64,000 nt of DNA from a virus (taxonomy: Duplodnaviria > Caudoviricetes), in IMG/VR virus record IMGVR_UViG_3300031555_001437; one strand, 5' to 3'. The position numbers and the translations under genes were made by a program. This document shows positions 1 through 9,617 of this stretch, piece after piece. Within the stretch, counting starts at the first letter, position 1. Each line of letters opens with the position of its first letter. The notes under the pieces are model-generated. The model made no database searches, was not told the origin of the DNA, and saw only the letters and a list, made by a program, of their open reading frames with translations.

Positions 1-1
1 T

Positions 2-79
2 TTGATAGGCAAAGAGTTAATAGTTCAAGTAAAAGGTACGGATGGTAGTACCGCAGAACTTCGTGTGGGGGTGGTTTAA
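2..79 (+). CDS. 3' end of an upstream structural gene (partial; ...LIGKELIVQVKGTDGSTAELRVGVV*)
   Basis: Open frame from the window edge to TAA at 77-79, directly before the ATG at 81. Confidence 0.6.
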   Translation: MIGKELIVQVKGTDGSTAELRVGVV

Positions 80-80
80 G

Positions 81-614
81 ATGATACGCGATATTCAAAA
101 CATCGATGACGATATTGTGCGTAAAAAGCGCAAAATTGAAGAAATTCTTTATTCTGACCCAGACATCGTAGAAGTTCTTGGTGATTATGACATTGACCCG
201 TCTTGCCCAGAAGAACTTGTATATTCAAGCATCTATCCGTTTTTACGGATTCCTGGAACGCAAGACGTATCAAAGAATTATATTACATTTACTGTGGATG
301 ACTCTGATAGAACTGCTGGTAATTCAGTCATGAAAACACAATACATTCAGTTTGTTGTTTTTGTGCATAAAGATTTAGTTCAAACTCAGTATGGTGTGGC
401 TCGGCATGATTTGCTGGGTTATTTAATTAGAGATGTGTTTAACCTTTCGAACAAACTTGGACCGCAAATGGAACTTGTGAGTAATAGAGAAGGCGTAACG
501 GACTCTGATTACCACACCAGAACTCTGAGATTTGAGCTTATTGATGATAATTCTACGAAACCATTCAGAACTAATCCTTATGAGCATGACCGCATTATTG
601 GTCATCGGAGGTGA
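81..614 (+). CDS. Putative tail terminator/tail completion protein
   Basis: ORF 42..614. ATG 81 follows GGGGTGG and the previous stop. The IYPFLRIP...YITF...RHDLL pattern and position before the tail tube gene fit this role. Confidence 0.6.
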   Translation: MIRDIQNIDDDIVRKKRKIEEILYSDPDIVEVLGDYDIDPSCPEELVYSSIYPFLRIPGTQDVSKNYITFTVDDSDRTAGNSVMKTQYIQFVVFVHKDLVQTQYGVARHDLLGYLIRDVFNLSNKLGPQMELVSNREGVTDSDYHTRTLRFELIDDNSTKPFRTNPYEHDRIIGHRR

Positions 615-617
615 GTT

Positions 618-1394
618 ATGGATGTTTTTAAAGTAGACGAACTCAAACTTTATATGGGGTCTGAGATAAAAATTGCTGATGGTATTGTATTGCGATGTCC
701 TACCATCGGAGAAATTGTTGATTACGGAGAAGAGTCATATTTTTCTATGGCTCAGACAATATGTTCCACTCCGAGCAGTTTAAAGGTTGCGTTAGATGAT
801 AAAGGCTATGATTATATGCAAGTAAAAGATTTTGATCTTTTTATAATGCTAACCAGGTCTTTGCCGCAAGATGTAACTGCACCAATTCTCGGAGATTTGG
901 ACTTATCATCGTTGATCCCGTATGAAACAGAATATGGCGAAGTTATTTTATCAAGTGCAGACCGTTCGATTGTGATTAATAGTGTTATTTATGAAATATT
1001 AGTGACATATATTCGCAAAATGCACGGATTTAAAAAGCAGGTTGATAAAGCTGGTAACGAAGTTACTCGCCAGATGTTAATTAAAGTTGCAAGACAAGAC
1101 GCAAAGGCGTCTCAAAATAAACCTTACAAGTCTTTTTTATTACCTTTGATTTCTTCGTTGCAGGGGAGACAAAGGTATACGAAAGCATATATTCGTGATA
1201 TGGGCATTTATGAATTTACAAATCAAATAAATCGTGCCCAAATTATTGTGCAGGCTGATGCAGCACTACACGGATCATGGAGTGGGATGGTAGACACAAA
1301 GAAGATCGACAAGCAAGTATTCGATTGGATGAGAGACCCACAAGAAGATACTAATACGAAAAACAAAACAATACTTAAAGAAGGCGCTAATTAA
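618..1394 (+). CDS. Conserved phage protein, probable tail assembly chaperone
   Basis: 258-aa ORF with RBS GGAGGT. PTIGEI motif near the N-terminus and a chaperone-like C-terminal 'IRDMGIYEF' segment. Adjacent to the tail tube gene. Confidence 0.5.
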   Translation: MDVFKVDELKLYMGSEIKIADGIVLRCPTIGEIVDYGEESYFSMAQTICSTPSSLKVALDDKGYDYMQVKDFDLFIMLTRSLPQDVTAPILGDLDLSSLIPYETEYGEVILSSADRSIVINSVIYEILVTYIRKMHGFKKQVDKAGNEVTRQMLIKVARQDAKASQNKPYKSFLLPLISSLQGRQRYTKAYIRDMGIYEFTNQINRAQIIVQADAALHGSWSGMVDTKKIDKQVFDWMRDPQEDTNTKNKTILKEGAN

Positions 1395-1405
1395 TAGCGT
1401 TTTTT
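1381..1405 (+). terminator. Intrinsic terminator-like hairpin
   Basis: AAGGCGCTA/TAGCGTTTT stem over the stop codon, followed by a T tract. Confidence 0.5.
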
Positions 1406-1434
1406 ATTATGTTAATTTTTAGGAGGAAAATATT

Positions 1435-2208
1435 ATGGCACAGTATGCACTCGATAGAGTTATTTCTGTCGTTGGTACTTATGCAGCTACCAACACTAAG
1501 AAGGGCATCGAGGAGGGCGGCCTGGCATTCCTTTGCGACCAGGTTGTAGATCCTTCTCTGTCTTTTACTTCTGAGACCGAGGATATTGTTGATGCAAGAA
1601 ACAATGTCGTTATGCAGCTTCAGGGCGCTCGTGGCGCAACTTTCGGCGCTTCCAACGCTTTCTTCAACACTCAGATTCTTGCAAACCAGACTGGTGGTGT
1701 CGTTGAGACAATCACTAGCGAAACTTTTGAGAAGTACGACATCTGCACTCTGGACGCAGAGGGTAAGGCAACTATCTCTGCTACCCCTGCTGCAGACAGT
1801 AAGTACAAGGTATTCGCACTTCGTACAGATAACAGCCTGACCACCGCTACTCCCACTGAGGGCGAGTATGCAGATGGTAAGGTTACTGTTGCTGATGGCG
1901 CAGAGGGTGATAGAGTTCTAGTCGCTTATACCGCAGAGGTTAAGAACGGCGAGAAGATCACTGCTCTGGCAGACGCTCAGAACGAGCTGATGAACGTTAC
2001 TGCAGAGGTTCTGCTCCGTGAGCTGTGCAAGGAGGAGCTGTACTACGCATATATTATCATCAGAGGTAAGCTCTCTGGTGAGGCAGAGTGGTCCATGTCC
2101 AGAGACGGTAATCACGCGTTTGAGATTACCGCATTCCCCTCTTACTGCGACGCTGAGCGTAAGCTGGTTGAGGTTATTGTCGTTCGCGGCGAAGACCTGA
2201 TTGCCTAA
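1435..2208 (+). CDS. Major tail (tube) protein
   Basis: 257 aa, AGGAGG RBS, strongly biased high-expression codons, flanked by hairpins. C-terminal 'WSMSRDGNHAFEITA' resembles siphophage tube proteins. Confidence 0.8.
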   Translation: MAQYALDRVISVVGTYAATNTKKGIEEGGLAFLCDQVVDPSLSFTSETEDIVDARNNVVMQLQGARGATFGASNAFFNTQILANQTGGVVETITSETFEKYDICTLDAEGKATISATPAADSKYKVFALRTDNSLTTATPTEGEYADGKVTVADGAEGDRVLVAYTAEVKNGEKITALADAQNELMNVTAEVLLRELCKEELYYAYIIIRGKLSGEAEWSMSRDGNHAFEITAFPSYCDAERKLVEVIVVRGEDLIA

Positions 2209-2222
2209 TTGAATATTTTTAT

Positions 2223-2256
2223 GCTGGGGCGGCAATAGCTGCCCTGGCTCATTTTT
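2223..2256 (+). terminator. Intrinsic terminator
   Basis: GCTGGGGCGGC-AATA-GCTGCCCTGGC stem-loop followed by TCATTTTT. Confidence 0.65.
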
Positions 2257-2275
2257 ATAAGGAGGTGCAATAGAC

Positions 2276-2563
2276 ATGGATAGACACGAGTGTCGTCATT
2301 GTGGACGAAAGTTCAACTATTGCAGATCTTGCATGCTTAAACCAATACCTTGGAGAGATGCTGGTTTTTGCAGCAAAGAATGTTCCGCTGCTTTTAAAGC
2401 AGTACAAGAAGTTGTCCCAACAGAGGACGTAGAAATAGTTGTAATTGAAGAGGATACCCCTGCGCAAGAAGAAGTCGTAGAAGAGTATCCTTATCTTTTT
2501 ACGACTACAGAAGAGGAGAATAATATAGATGATAACGAGCAAAGTGACCCACAAGACCTATGA
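2276..2563 (+). CDS. Small Zn-finger protein with acidic tail
   Basis: CxxC-x6-CxxC...FCSKEC motif. RBS AAGGAGGT. Confidence 0.75.
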   Translation: MDRHECRHCGRKFNYCRSCMLKPIPWRDAGFCSKECSAAFKAVQEVVPTEDVEIVVIEEDTPAQEEVVEEYPYLFTTTEEENNIDDNEQSDPQDL

Positions 2564-2750
2564 TCCAGCTGAGTGCGTGTTTTTGTCTAATCCAGTACAA
2601 TGTCATAAGTACTTTGAGCTTCTTGGCAGTGACCTATTTGTAGATATACTTTGGGCTAGCGAAAAGAGACCTGATGCGCTTGTGTATGTATGGCGTAAAT
2701 GTGCTGAAACCGCAAAGGCAAAAGAGTTGTGGGACAAGAGATTACTATAA
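2529..2750 (+). CDS. Small hypothetical protein (possibly DUF5659-like)
   Basis: 73-aa ORF with GAGGAG upstream. Fills the gap before the next gene. Confidence 0.55.
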   Translation: MITSKVTHKTYDPAECVFLSNPVQCHKYFELLGSDLFVDILWASEKRPDALVYVWRKCAETAKAKELWDKRLL

Positions 2751-2764
2751 AGGAGTTGATATAA

Positions 2765-3517
2765 TTGTTGATTTTAAAACTGAATATTCGTAACCAAAGA
2801 CTAAATAAATTCAACTCCGCAGTTATTGCTTCAAACTCCGCTGGCTATCTTTATTGCCAGTTTAATTTTCTGACTAATGATTGGGAAAAGGTTTCCGTAA
2901 AGATGGCTAATTTTAGCTACAGAGGGCGTAATTTCCCAGTTTTGATTGATGAAAATAATATGTGCGAAGTTCCAGTAGATGTCATTAAGCCAAACGCTTC
3001 CTTTAAGGTTAGTGTATTCGGTGGCGGCATCACTACAAATACTGTTAAATATGAAGTTGAAGATAGTGGAATTACTCCGTTTGAAGACGAGGGTATTTCT
3101 CTAAAATATTACAATGAAATAATCAATAAACTGTCAGCTACTATTGATGACCTCAATGAAACCAAGGCGGACAACATTGTTCTCGACACTGAAACCAATA
3201 CTATTCAGCTTACAGCAAATGGCATGCCAATCGGTGATGCTGTTGACTATGCAAGTTGTGGTATTAAGAGTTTTGATGTTGACGAGAACGATAACATTAC
3301 CATCACTTTGGTTGACGGTCGTGTTATCGACCTTGGCCATGTAGCTGGCGCAAACGGTGCTACTTTTATCCCACACATTGACGAAGACCATATTCTGACG
3401 TGGACAAACGATGGCGGTTTGCCTAACCCCGATCCTGTTGACCTTAATCCTCATGACGAATGGTCTACAGTCCCTGAAGAGGGTGTTGAAACAGAATATG
3501 AGTGGGAATTTCTATGA
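2765..3517 (+). CDS. BppU-like baseplate/fibre adaptor protein
   Basis: N-terminal Ig-like 'YLYCQFNFLTNDW...CEVP' segment. 'LTWTNDGGLPNPDPVDL' fibre motif. Ends EWEFL. Confidence 0.6.
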   Translation: MLILKLNIRNQRLNKFNSAVIASNSAGYLYCQFNFLTNDWEKVSVKMANFSYRGRNFPVLIDENNMCEVPVDVIKPNASFKVSVFGGGITTNTVKYEVEDSGITPFEDEGISLKYYNEIINKLSATIDDLNETKADNIVLDTETNTIQLTANGMPIGDAVDYASCGIKSFDVDENDNITITLVDGRVIDLGHVAGANGATFIPHIDEDHILTWTNDGGLPNPDPVDLNPHDEWSTVPEEGVETEYEWEFL

Positions 3518-3578
3518 TGAAATAACACGGGTTTAATCCTTGTTATATTAAAAATTTTTAGAAAGGAAAGTAACAAAT

Positions 3579-4952
3579 ATGGCACAAAATGTAAAATTTA
3601 TAGCCGTCAAGCTACAAGCGACATTTGACGCTCTTGAGACAAAAGACGCTCTTGCTCTGTATTGGATACATGACACGCAGCGTCTCTACAAAGGCGACAA
3701 GCTCTATGGCACTGGTCTTGAGGCGACTTCTGAATTTGCTGGCTTGATGTCTGCAGAGGACAAGGCGGCTCTAGAAGCGCTTAAGGTTGGCGGTGGTCTA
3801 TCTAACCTCGTACCTGTTGATGGCACAATCTCCATCACAGATGCAGTTGGTGGAGGCAAAGCACTTGGTGTTGCAATTTCTACGCAGAACGGCAACACAC
3901 TGGTTGTAAATGAAGATGGCCTGTTCGTTCAGGAGACAATCGTTCCTGAGTTCACTATTGAGAAGCAGGTAACAGCAGAGGATGGTTTTGCGGCGACCTA
4001 CAGACTAAAGAAAGTTGTTGGGGAAGAGTCTGCTTATGTTGGTGATGCAATCAACATTGCTAAAGACTTAGTCCTTCAGTCTGCTACGCTTGAAGTTGTC
4101 ACAGAGGATGGCGTTCCTTATGGTGGCGCGGTTGTTGGCGACCCATATATCAAAATGGTCTTCAACAACGCAGACGCATCTAATCTCTACATCCCAGTTA
4201 AGGGTCTTGTAGATACCTATTCCGCTGGTGACGGTATCGAAATCGTGGACAACAAGATTTCTGTTAAACTCGCAGATGTCACTCACGGTCTGGTTGCTGT
4301 AAATGGCGCTTTGGCTCTCAATCTTGCTACTCGTCATTATGACGGTGCGATGTCTAAAGAGGACAAGAAGATTGTAGATTCTATTCCTTATGCTTATGTA
4401 GCACGTAAGTATGAGATTTCTGGCACTCCAACAGGTACTCTTGTAAACTACGGCGAGAAGGAAATTCGTGTTATGGTTCCTGCAGGCGCTGAGTTTACAA
4501 AACAGAATGTAGGCGTTGGTGGTGATGCTAACACTTACTATATGACATTTAAGACCTATGCACCGCAGGGTGCTGTTGGTTATAAGGAACACCTTGGTGG
4601 CCAGTCTGACAGTGAAATTTTAGCCGACCTGAAGACCGACGAATATGGTCGCAGATATCAACCTACTTGGTTGGGACTTGCGAAGCTCGACGAGGCCACT
4701 GGTGCGTGGACGTATTACGGCAAAAATTCTGCCGAGTCCAAGTATATCGGATGGGATTATCGAATTGATTGGTTTGACGCAGATGACGTAATGATTGCTA
4801 CCGATTCTGTTCGTATCAATCTGTCAAATGAGGATTGTCACAACAATGTAAAACCTTATTATATTGCAAATTATGCGACTACCGAAAAAGTTGCAGCAAT
4901 TGAAGAATCTATTAAAAAAGCTGAAAACAGCTATACTTGGACAGAAATGTAA
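3579..4952 (+). CDS. Fibre-segment protein with Mtd_N-like N-terminus
   Basis: 457 aa. N-terminal 'ALYWIHDTQRLYKGD', two GLMS/GAMS-DK motifs, 'YSAGDGIEI' fibre motif. Ends WTEM. Confidence 0.7.
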   Translation: MAQNVKFIAVKLQATFDALETKDALALYWIHDTQRLYKGDKLYGTGLEATSEFAGLMSAEDKAALEALKVGGGLSNLVPVDGTISITDAVGGGKALGVAISTQNGNTLVVNEDGLFVQETIVPEFTIEKQVTAEDGFAATYRLKKVVGEESAYVGDAINIAKDLVLQSATLEVVTEDGVPYGGAVVGDPYIKMVFNNADASNLYIPVKGLVDTYSAGDGIEIVDNKISVKLADVTHGLVAVNGALALNLATRHYDGAMSKEDKKIVDSIPYAYVARKYEISGTPTGTLVNYGEKEIRVMVPAGAEFTKQNVGVGGDANTYYMTFKTYAPQGAVGYKEHLGGQSDSEILADLKTDEYGRRYQPTWLGLAKLDEATGAWTYYGKNSAESKYIGWDYRIDWFDADDVMIATDSVRINLSNEDCHNNVKPYYIANYATTEKVAAIEESIKKAENSYTWTEM

Positions 4953-4979
4953 TTAAAATTTTTTTGGAGGAATATAATT

Positions 4980-7376
4980 ATGGCACAGAATGTTTTTTTT
5001 AAAAAGGGCTTACTGGCTAATCTACCTAAGACTTACACTGCAGGTACTTTCTATGTAACTACCGATGAAAGAGCTATGTATCTTGACATTGACGATTCTA
5101 CAAGAATTCGTCTTGGTGATTTCATTCAGGTAGACAATGTTGCTGCACTGCCCGCAGATGCACACGAGAATTGCCTGTACTACTGTGTTGCAGAGAATAT
5201 TCTCGCTAAGTGGAACGGCACAGAGTGGACTCAGATTAACAAGCAGCCTACTGCTGAGGAGATGAAGGCTCTGCTTGGTCTTGGCACTATGGCTTACAAG
5301 TCTGAGGTTGCAGAATCCGACCTGACTGCAGAGCTTGCCGAGAAGGTTAATGCTGCAGCAGAGGGCAATCACGCTCACGCTAATAAGGGTGTTCTGGACG
5401 GCATTACCGCTGAGAAGGTTGCAGCTTGGGACGCTTCTGAGCAGAACGCTAAGGACCATGCAGATGGCCTGAACACCGCTATGAATACTCGTGTTGAGGC
5501 TCTAGAGGCAATCGACCACGAGCACGCTAATAAGGCTCTGCTTGATACTTACACTCAGACCGAGGCTGACCTGGCTGACGCTGTCGCAAAGAAGCACGCT
5601 CACACTTTCGTTGAGTCTGAACTGAACAAGATCGTCGATGGCGACGTTGCTAAGTGGAACGCAGTTGTAGCAGACCACTTGACTGCTGACGATAAGACCA
5701 CTCTTGAGAACGCTATCAAGGAGGCTAAGAAGGCTGGCACTGATGCTAATACCAACATCGAGGCTTATAAGGTAACCAATGATGCTCGTGTTCTCGCAGT
5801 TGAGGAGGATATCGCCGAGATTACTGGCGATAACGGTATTCTTGCACAGGCAAAGTCCTACTCTGATGGCAAGCTTGCTACTGCAAGGACTGAGATCACC
5901 GCAGAGATTGACGCAGACGTAAAGGTTGTTGCTGATGATCTAGCTGGCTATAAGACTACCAATGATGCTGCTCTTGCTGGTGTAAAGGCAACCGCTGAGG
6001 CCGCTGCTACCAAGGCATATACCGATGAAGAGCTGGCTAAGAAGGTTGACAAGGTTGATGGCAAGTCTCTAATTGCAGATACTGAGATTACTAGACTTGC
6101 TGGTATGTCTGATGGTGCAAACAAGGTCGAGGCTTCCGAGACTAACGGCAACATCAAGATTGACGGCGTTGAGACTGTTGTTTATACTCACCCTGACAAG
6201 CACGCTATTGCAGACGTAGATGGCCTGCAGGATGCTATCGATGCTGTTGACGCTAAGTTCGCAGATTATAACACCACTGCTGCTCAGAAGGTACTTGACG
6301 ATGCACAGGATGCTAGAATTAAGGCAATCGAGGATGATTACCTGGTAGAGGCTGATATCGCTAATTTCGAGACTAAGGACAACGTTAAGAAGGTAGCAGA
6401 CGACCTGGCTGCATACGTAGAGTCCAACGACGCTGCTCTGGCTGCTGAGACTAAGGCTCGCACCGATGCAGACGCTGACTTCGAGACTAGAATCGCTGCT
6501 CTGGAGGGTAACTTCGGTGACGGCGAGGGTACTGTTGAGGCTCAGATTGAAGCTGCTGTTGCTGCAGAGACCGAAGCTCGTGAGGCTGCTGTTCAGGGCG
6601 TCCAGGACGATGTTGACGCGCTGGCTGGCAAGGTTGGCGAGGTTCCCGAGGATAAGACTGTTGTACAGATGATCGCAGACGCTCAGACTGCTGCTACCTA
6701 CGACGATACTCAGGTTAAGGCAGACATCAAGGCTAACGCAGATGCTATCGATGCTATCGAGGCTGATTATCTGAAGGCTGCTGATAAGACCGAGCTTCAG
6801 GAGCAGATTACTGCAAATGCAAACGCTATTACTCTGCTGACTGATGGCGCTGATCCCGACAAGGTTGACGGCGTAAAAGACCTGATTGACTATGTTGATA
6901 AGCATGGCCCCGAAGTCACTGGCATGAAGGCAGACATTGCCGCAAATGCTAAGGCTATCGAGGACCACGAGACTCTGGCCGCTGAGACCTATGAGACCAA
7001 GACCGATGCTACCGCTAAGTTGACTGAGGCTAAGGGCTATGCTGATGATAAGGCTGCCGAGGCTCAGGCTGCTGCTGAGGCAACTGCTGCTGGTGCTCTG
7101 GCTGGTGCTAAGACCGAGCTCGAGGGCAAGATTACCGACGGCGACGCTGCTACCCTAGCTTCTGCTAAGGAGTATGCTGACGGTAAGGTTAATGAGCTTG
7201 CTGGCGGCCAGGTTAAGGCCAACGCCGAGGCTATTGTTGCTAATGCAAAAGCTATCACTGATGGCGACGCTGCTGTTGAGGCAAAGATCACTGCTCTAGC
7301 AGAGGGTGCTGTTGCTACTAATGCAGCAAACATTGCAGCTCTAACCAACCAGCTCACTTGGGGCGACTTCGTTTAA
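4980..7376 (+). CDS. Long Ala/Asp-rich coiled-coil fibre protein
   Basis: 798 aa. Mtd_N-like N-terminus (GTFYVTTDERAMY), HxH motifs (HAH, HEH), helical repeats, high-expression codon bias. Ends WGDFV. Confidence 0.75.
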   Translation: MAQNVFFKKGLLANLPKTYTAGTFYVTTDERAMYLDIDDSTRIRLGDFIQVDNVAALPADAHENCLYYCVAENILAKWNGTEWTQINKQPTAEEMKALLGLGTMAYKSEVAESDLTAELAEKVNAAAEGNHAHANKGVLDGITAEKVAAWDASEQNAKDHADGLNTAMNTRVEALEAIDHEHANKALLDTYTQTEADLADAVAKKHAHTFVESELNKIVDGDVAKWNAVVADHLTADDKTTLENAIKEAKKAGTDANTNIEAYKVTNDARVLAVEEDIAEITGDNGILAQAKSYSDGKLATARTEITAEIDADVKVVADDLAGYKTTNDAALAGVKATAEAAATKAYTDEELAKKVDKVDGKSLIADTEITRLAGMSDGANKVEASETNGNIKIDGVETVVYTHPDKHAIADVDGLQDAIDAVDAKFADYNTTAAQKVLDDAQDARIKAIEDDYLVEADIANFETKDNVKKVADDLAAYVESNDAALAAETKARTDADADFETRIAALEGNFGDGEGTVEAQIEAAVAAETEAREAAVQGVQDDVDALAGKVGEVPEDKTVVQMIADAQTAATYDDTQVKADIKANADAIDAIEADYLKAADKTELQEQITANANAITLLTDGADPDKVDGVKDLIDYVDKHGPEVTGMKADIAANAKAIEDHETLAAETYETKTDATAKLTEAKGYADDKAAEAQAAAEATAAGALAGAKTELEGKITDGDAATLASAKEYADGKVNELAGGQVKANAEAIVANAKAITDGDAAVEAKITALAEGAVATNAANIAALTNQLTWGDFV

Positions 7377-7392
7377 TTAACTAATCTACTCT

Positions 7393-7426
7393 CCCTGGCC
7401 TGGCGAAAGCTGGGTCAGGGTATTTT
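7393..7426 (+). terminator. Intrinsic terminator
   Basis: CCCTGGCCTGGC-GAAA-GCTGGGTCAGGG followed by TATTTT. Confidence 0.7.
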
Positions 7427-7449
7427 AAATAACTGTGGAGGATAAACGT

Positions 7450-9540
7450 ATGGCTTTATTTAAACTGCTTAGAGGTCTGGAAACCAACCTCTCTACCGCT
7501 GTTGTTGACGGTCAGGTATATTTCTGTAAAGATACACAGAATTTTTATATCGATTGTGGCGATACGCGTTATAAGATTGCTGCTAAGTATGCGGACAAGC
7601 TTCGCTATGTAGCAGATGGTAGTACTGTTGAGATTGACCCCAGTACTATTTTGACTGATTCTAATTATGCAACCAAGATTGGTGTTGCTTCTTCTTCTAA
7701 GGCTGGTCTAATGACCGCCGCAGACAAGGATAAGTTGGATGGTATTGCGACTGGTGCAAACAAGACAATCGTCGATGACGCGCTGAGCGCAACTAGCACC
7801 AACCCTGTACAAAATAAGGTTATTAAGGATGCTTTGGATAAGAAGGCTGGTTTGGATGTTGCTACTGCTGCTTCTGCTGGTCTTATGTCTGCAGAAGATA
7901 AGGCAACGCTGGATAATCTTGTTGCTGTTGGTGGTGAGGTTAACCAAAATGCATTTAGCAACGTTACTGTTGCTGGCACGAAGATTGCCGCTACCGCAAA
8001 GACAGATAATATTTCTGTTGTTGCTGGCGACAATATCACTCTAACACCCGATGCTGCGAACAAGCAGTACACTATTTCTGCAAAGGATACCACCTACAAC
8101 GCAGCATCTGCTGACGCTGATGGTCTGATGTCCAAAGCAGACAAAGCAAAGCTCGACGGTATTTCCGCCGAGGCTAACAAGTATGTACACGCTACGCATG
8201 ATTCTCATGCTGCTGGCATGTATAAGATTACCGTTGATTCTGAGGGTCACGTATCTAATGCAACGGCTATTTCTAAGGGCGATATCACCGCTCTTGGTAT
8301 TCCTGCTCAGGACACCACATATGACAACGCAACTACTGGTGAGGCTGGTTTGATGAGCGCTGCCGATAAGGCTAAGCTGGATAGCGTCGCTGAGGGTGCT
8401 ACTAATGTTGTTGTGGATTCTGCGCTGAATGATTCTTCTGCAAATGCAATCCAGAATAAGGTTGTTAAGGCAGCTCTGGATGGCAAGTCTGATGTGGACC
8501 ACACTCACGACTATATTCCTAATGCCGAGAAGGGCGCTGCAAACGGTGTCGCAACTCTGGGTGCAGATGGCAAGGTTCCCTCTACTCAGCTTCCTAGCTA
8601 TGTAGACGACGTTCTTGAGTTCGCTAACAAGGACGCATTCCCTGCAACGGGCGAGTCTGGTAAGATTTACGTTGCTCTTGACAAGAACCTTACCTACAGA
8701 TGGGGTGGCACTGCATACGTAGAGATTTCTCAGTCTCTGGCTATTGGCACGACCGCAAATACTGCAGCGGCTGGTAACCACATTCACGATGCTGCTACTC
8801 AGACTGCTAACGGCTTTATGTCTGCCGCAGATAAGGAGAAGCTGGATGGTATCTCTGCTGGTGCTAATAAGTACGTCCACGCTTCTCATACTGCTCACAA
8901 CTCTGGCCTGTACAAGGTAACTGTTGATGCAGAGGGTCACGTTTCCAATGCAGTTGCTGTTACCAAGGGCGATATCACTGGTCTTGGCATCCCTGCACAG
9001 GATACCACTTATGGCGACGCAACGACTGGCGCATCTGGCCTGATGAGCGCAGCAGACAAGAAGAAGCTAGACAGCGTTGCCGAGGGTGCAAATAAGATTA
9101 CCGTCGACTCTGCTTTGAGCGATTCTAGCACAAACCCTGTTCAGAACAAGATTGTCAAGGCTGCTATTGATGCTAAAGCTAACAAGACTCATGAGCATAC
9201 TGAGTACGAGAACCAGAACGCATTTAGTTCTATCAAGGTTGGCGCAACTACAATTGCTGCTGATAACGCGACCGACACTGTTGAGATTGCGGCTGGCGAT
9301 AATGTAACCATTACGCCTGATGCTGCTGCTGGCAAGATTGTCATTGCTGCAACCGATACAACTTATGATGCGGCAACGACTACTGCTGACGGCTTGATGT
9401 CTGCTAGCGATAAGGCTAAGCTGAACGGTATCGCCGAGGGCGCGACAAAGACTATTGTTGATGCGGCGCTGAGCAATACTAGCACAAATCCAGTTCAGAA
9501 CAAAGTCATTTATGACGCGATCAGCTGGATTGAATTTTGA
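7450..9540 (+). CDS. Modular repeat tail fibre protein
   Basis: ATG 7450 after GGAGGA (ORF track starts at 7435). Mtd_N-like N-terminus and seven GLMS/GFMS-xxDK connectors with repeated modules. Ends WIEF. Confidence 0.8.
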   Translation: MALFKLLRGLETNLSTAVVDGQVYFCKDTQNFYIDCGDTRYKIAAKYADKLRYVADGSTVEIDPSTILTDSNYATKIGVASSSKAGLMTAADKDKLDGIATGANKTIVDDALSATSTNPVQNKVIKDALDKKAGLDVATAASAGLMSAEDKATLDNLVAVGGEVNQNAFSNVTVAGTKIAATAKTDNISVVAGDNITLTPDAANKQYTISAKDTTYNAASADADGLMSKADKAKLDGISAEANKYVHATHDSHAAGMYKITVDSEGHVSNATAISKGDITALGIPAQDTTYDNATTGEAGLMSAADKAKLDSVAEGATNVVVDSALNDSSANAIQNKVVKAALDGKSDVDHTHDYIPNAEKGAANGVATLGADGKVPSTQLPSYVDDVLEFANKDAFPATGESGKIYVALDKNLTYRWGGTAYVEISQSLAIGTTANTAAAGNHIHDAATQTANGFMSAADKEKLDGISAGANKYVHASHTAHNSGLYKVTVDAEGHVSNAVAVTKGDITGLGIPAQDTTYGDATTGASGLMSAADKKKLDSVAEGANKITVDSALSDSSTNPVQNKIVKAAIDAKANKTHEHTEYENQNAFSSIKVGATTIAADNATDTVEIAAGDNVTITPDAAAGKIVIAATDTTYDAATTTADGLMSASDKAKLNGIAEGATKTIVDAALSNTSTNPVQNKVIYDAISWIEF

Positions 9541-9558
9541 TATATAGTAGTTTAATAA

Positions 9559-9595
9559 AGGGGAGTAGACTATTATAGCCTATTCCCTGATTTTT
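9559..9595 (+). terminator. Intrinsic terminator-like hairpin
   Basis: AGGGGAGTAG...CTATTCCCT stem followed by GATTTTT. Confidence 0.55.
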
Positions 9596-9617
9596 ACACT
9601 TCAGAGAGGTGGAAACG

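Noticed and set aside
618-2750. Programmed -1 frameshift tail chaperone pair (lambda G/GT type)
   Set aside because: No convincing slippery site with an extended overlapping frame identified by eye here or before the TMP.
6069-8940. Long minus-strand ORFs (6069..6968, 8041..8940) and other antisense or alternate-frame ORFs in the track
   Set aside because: They are shadows of strongly codon-biased + strand genes, with no RBS or recognisable motifs.
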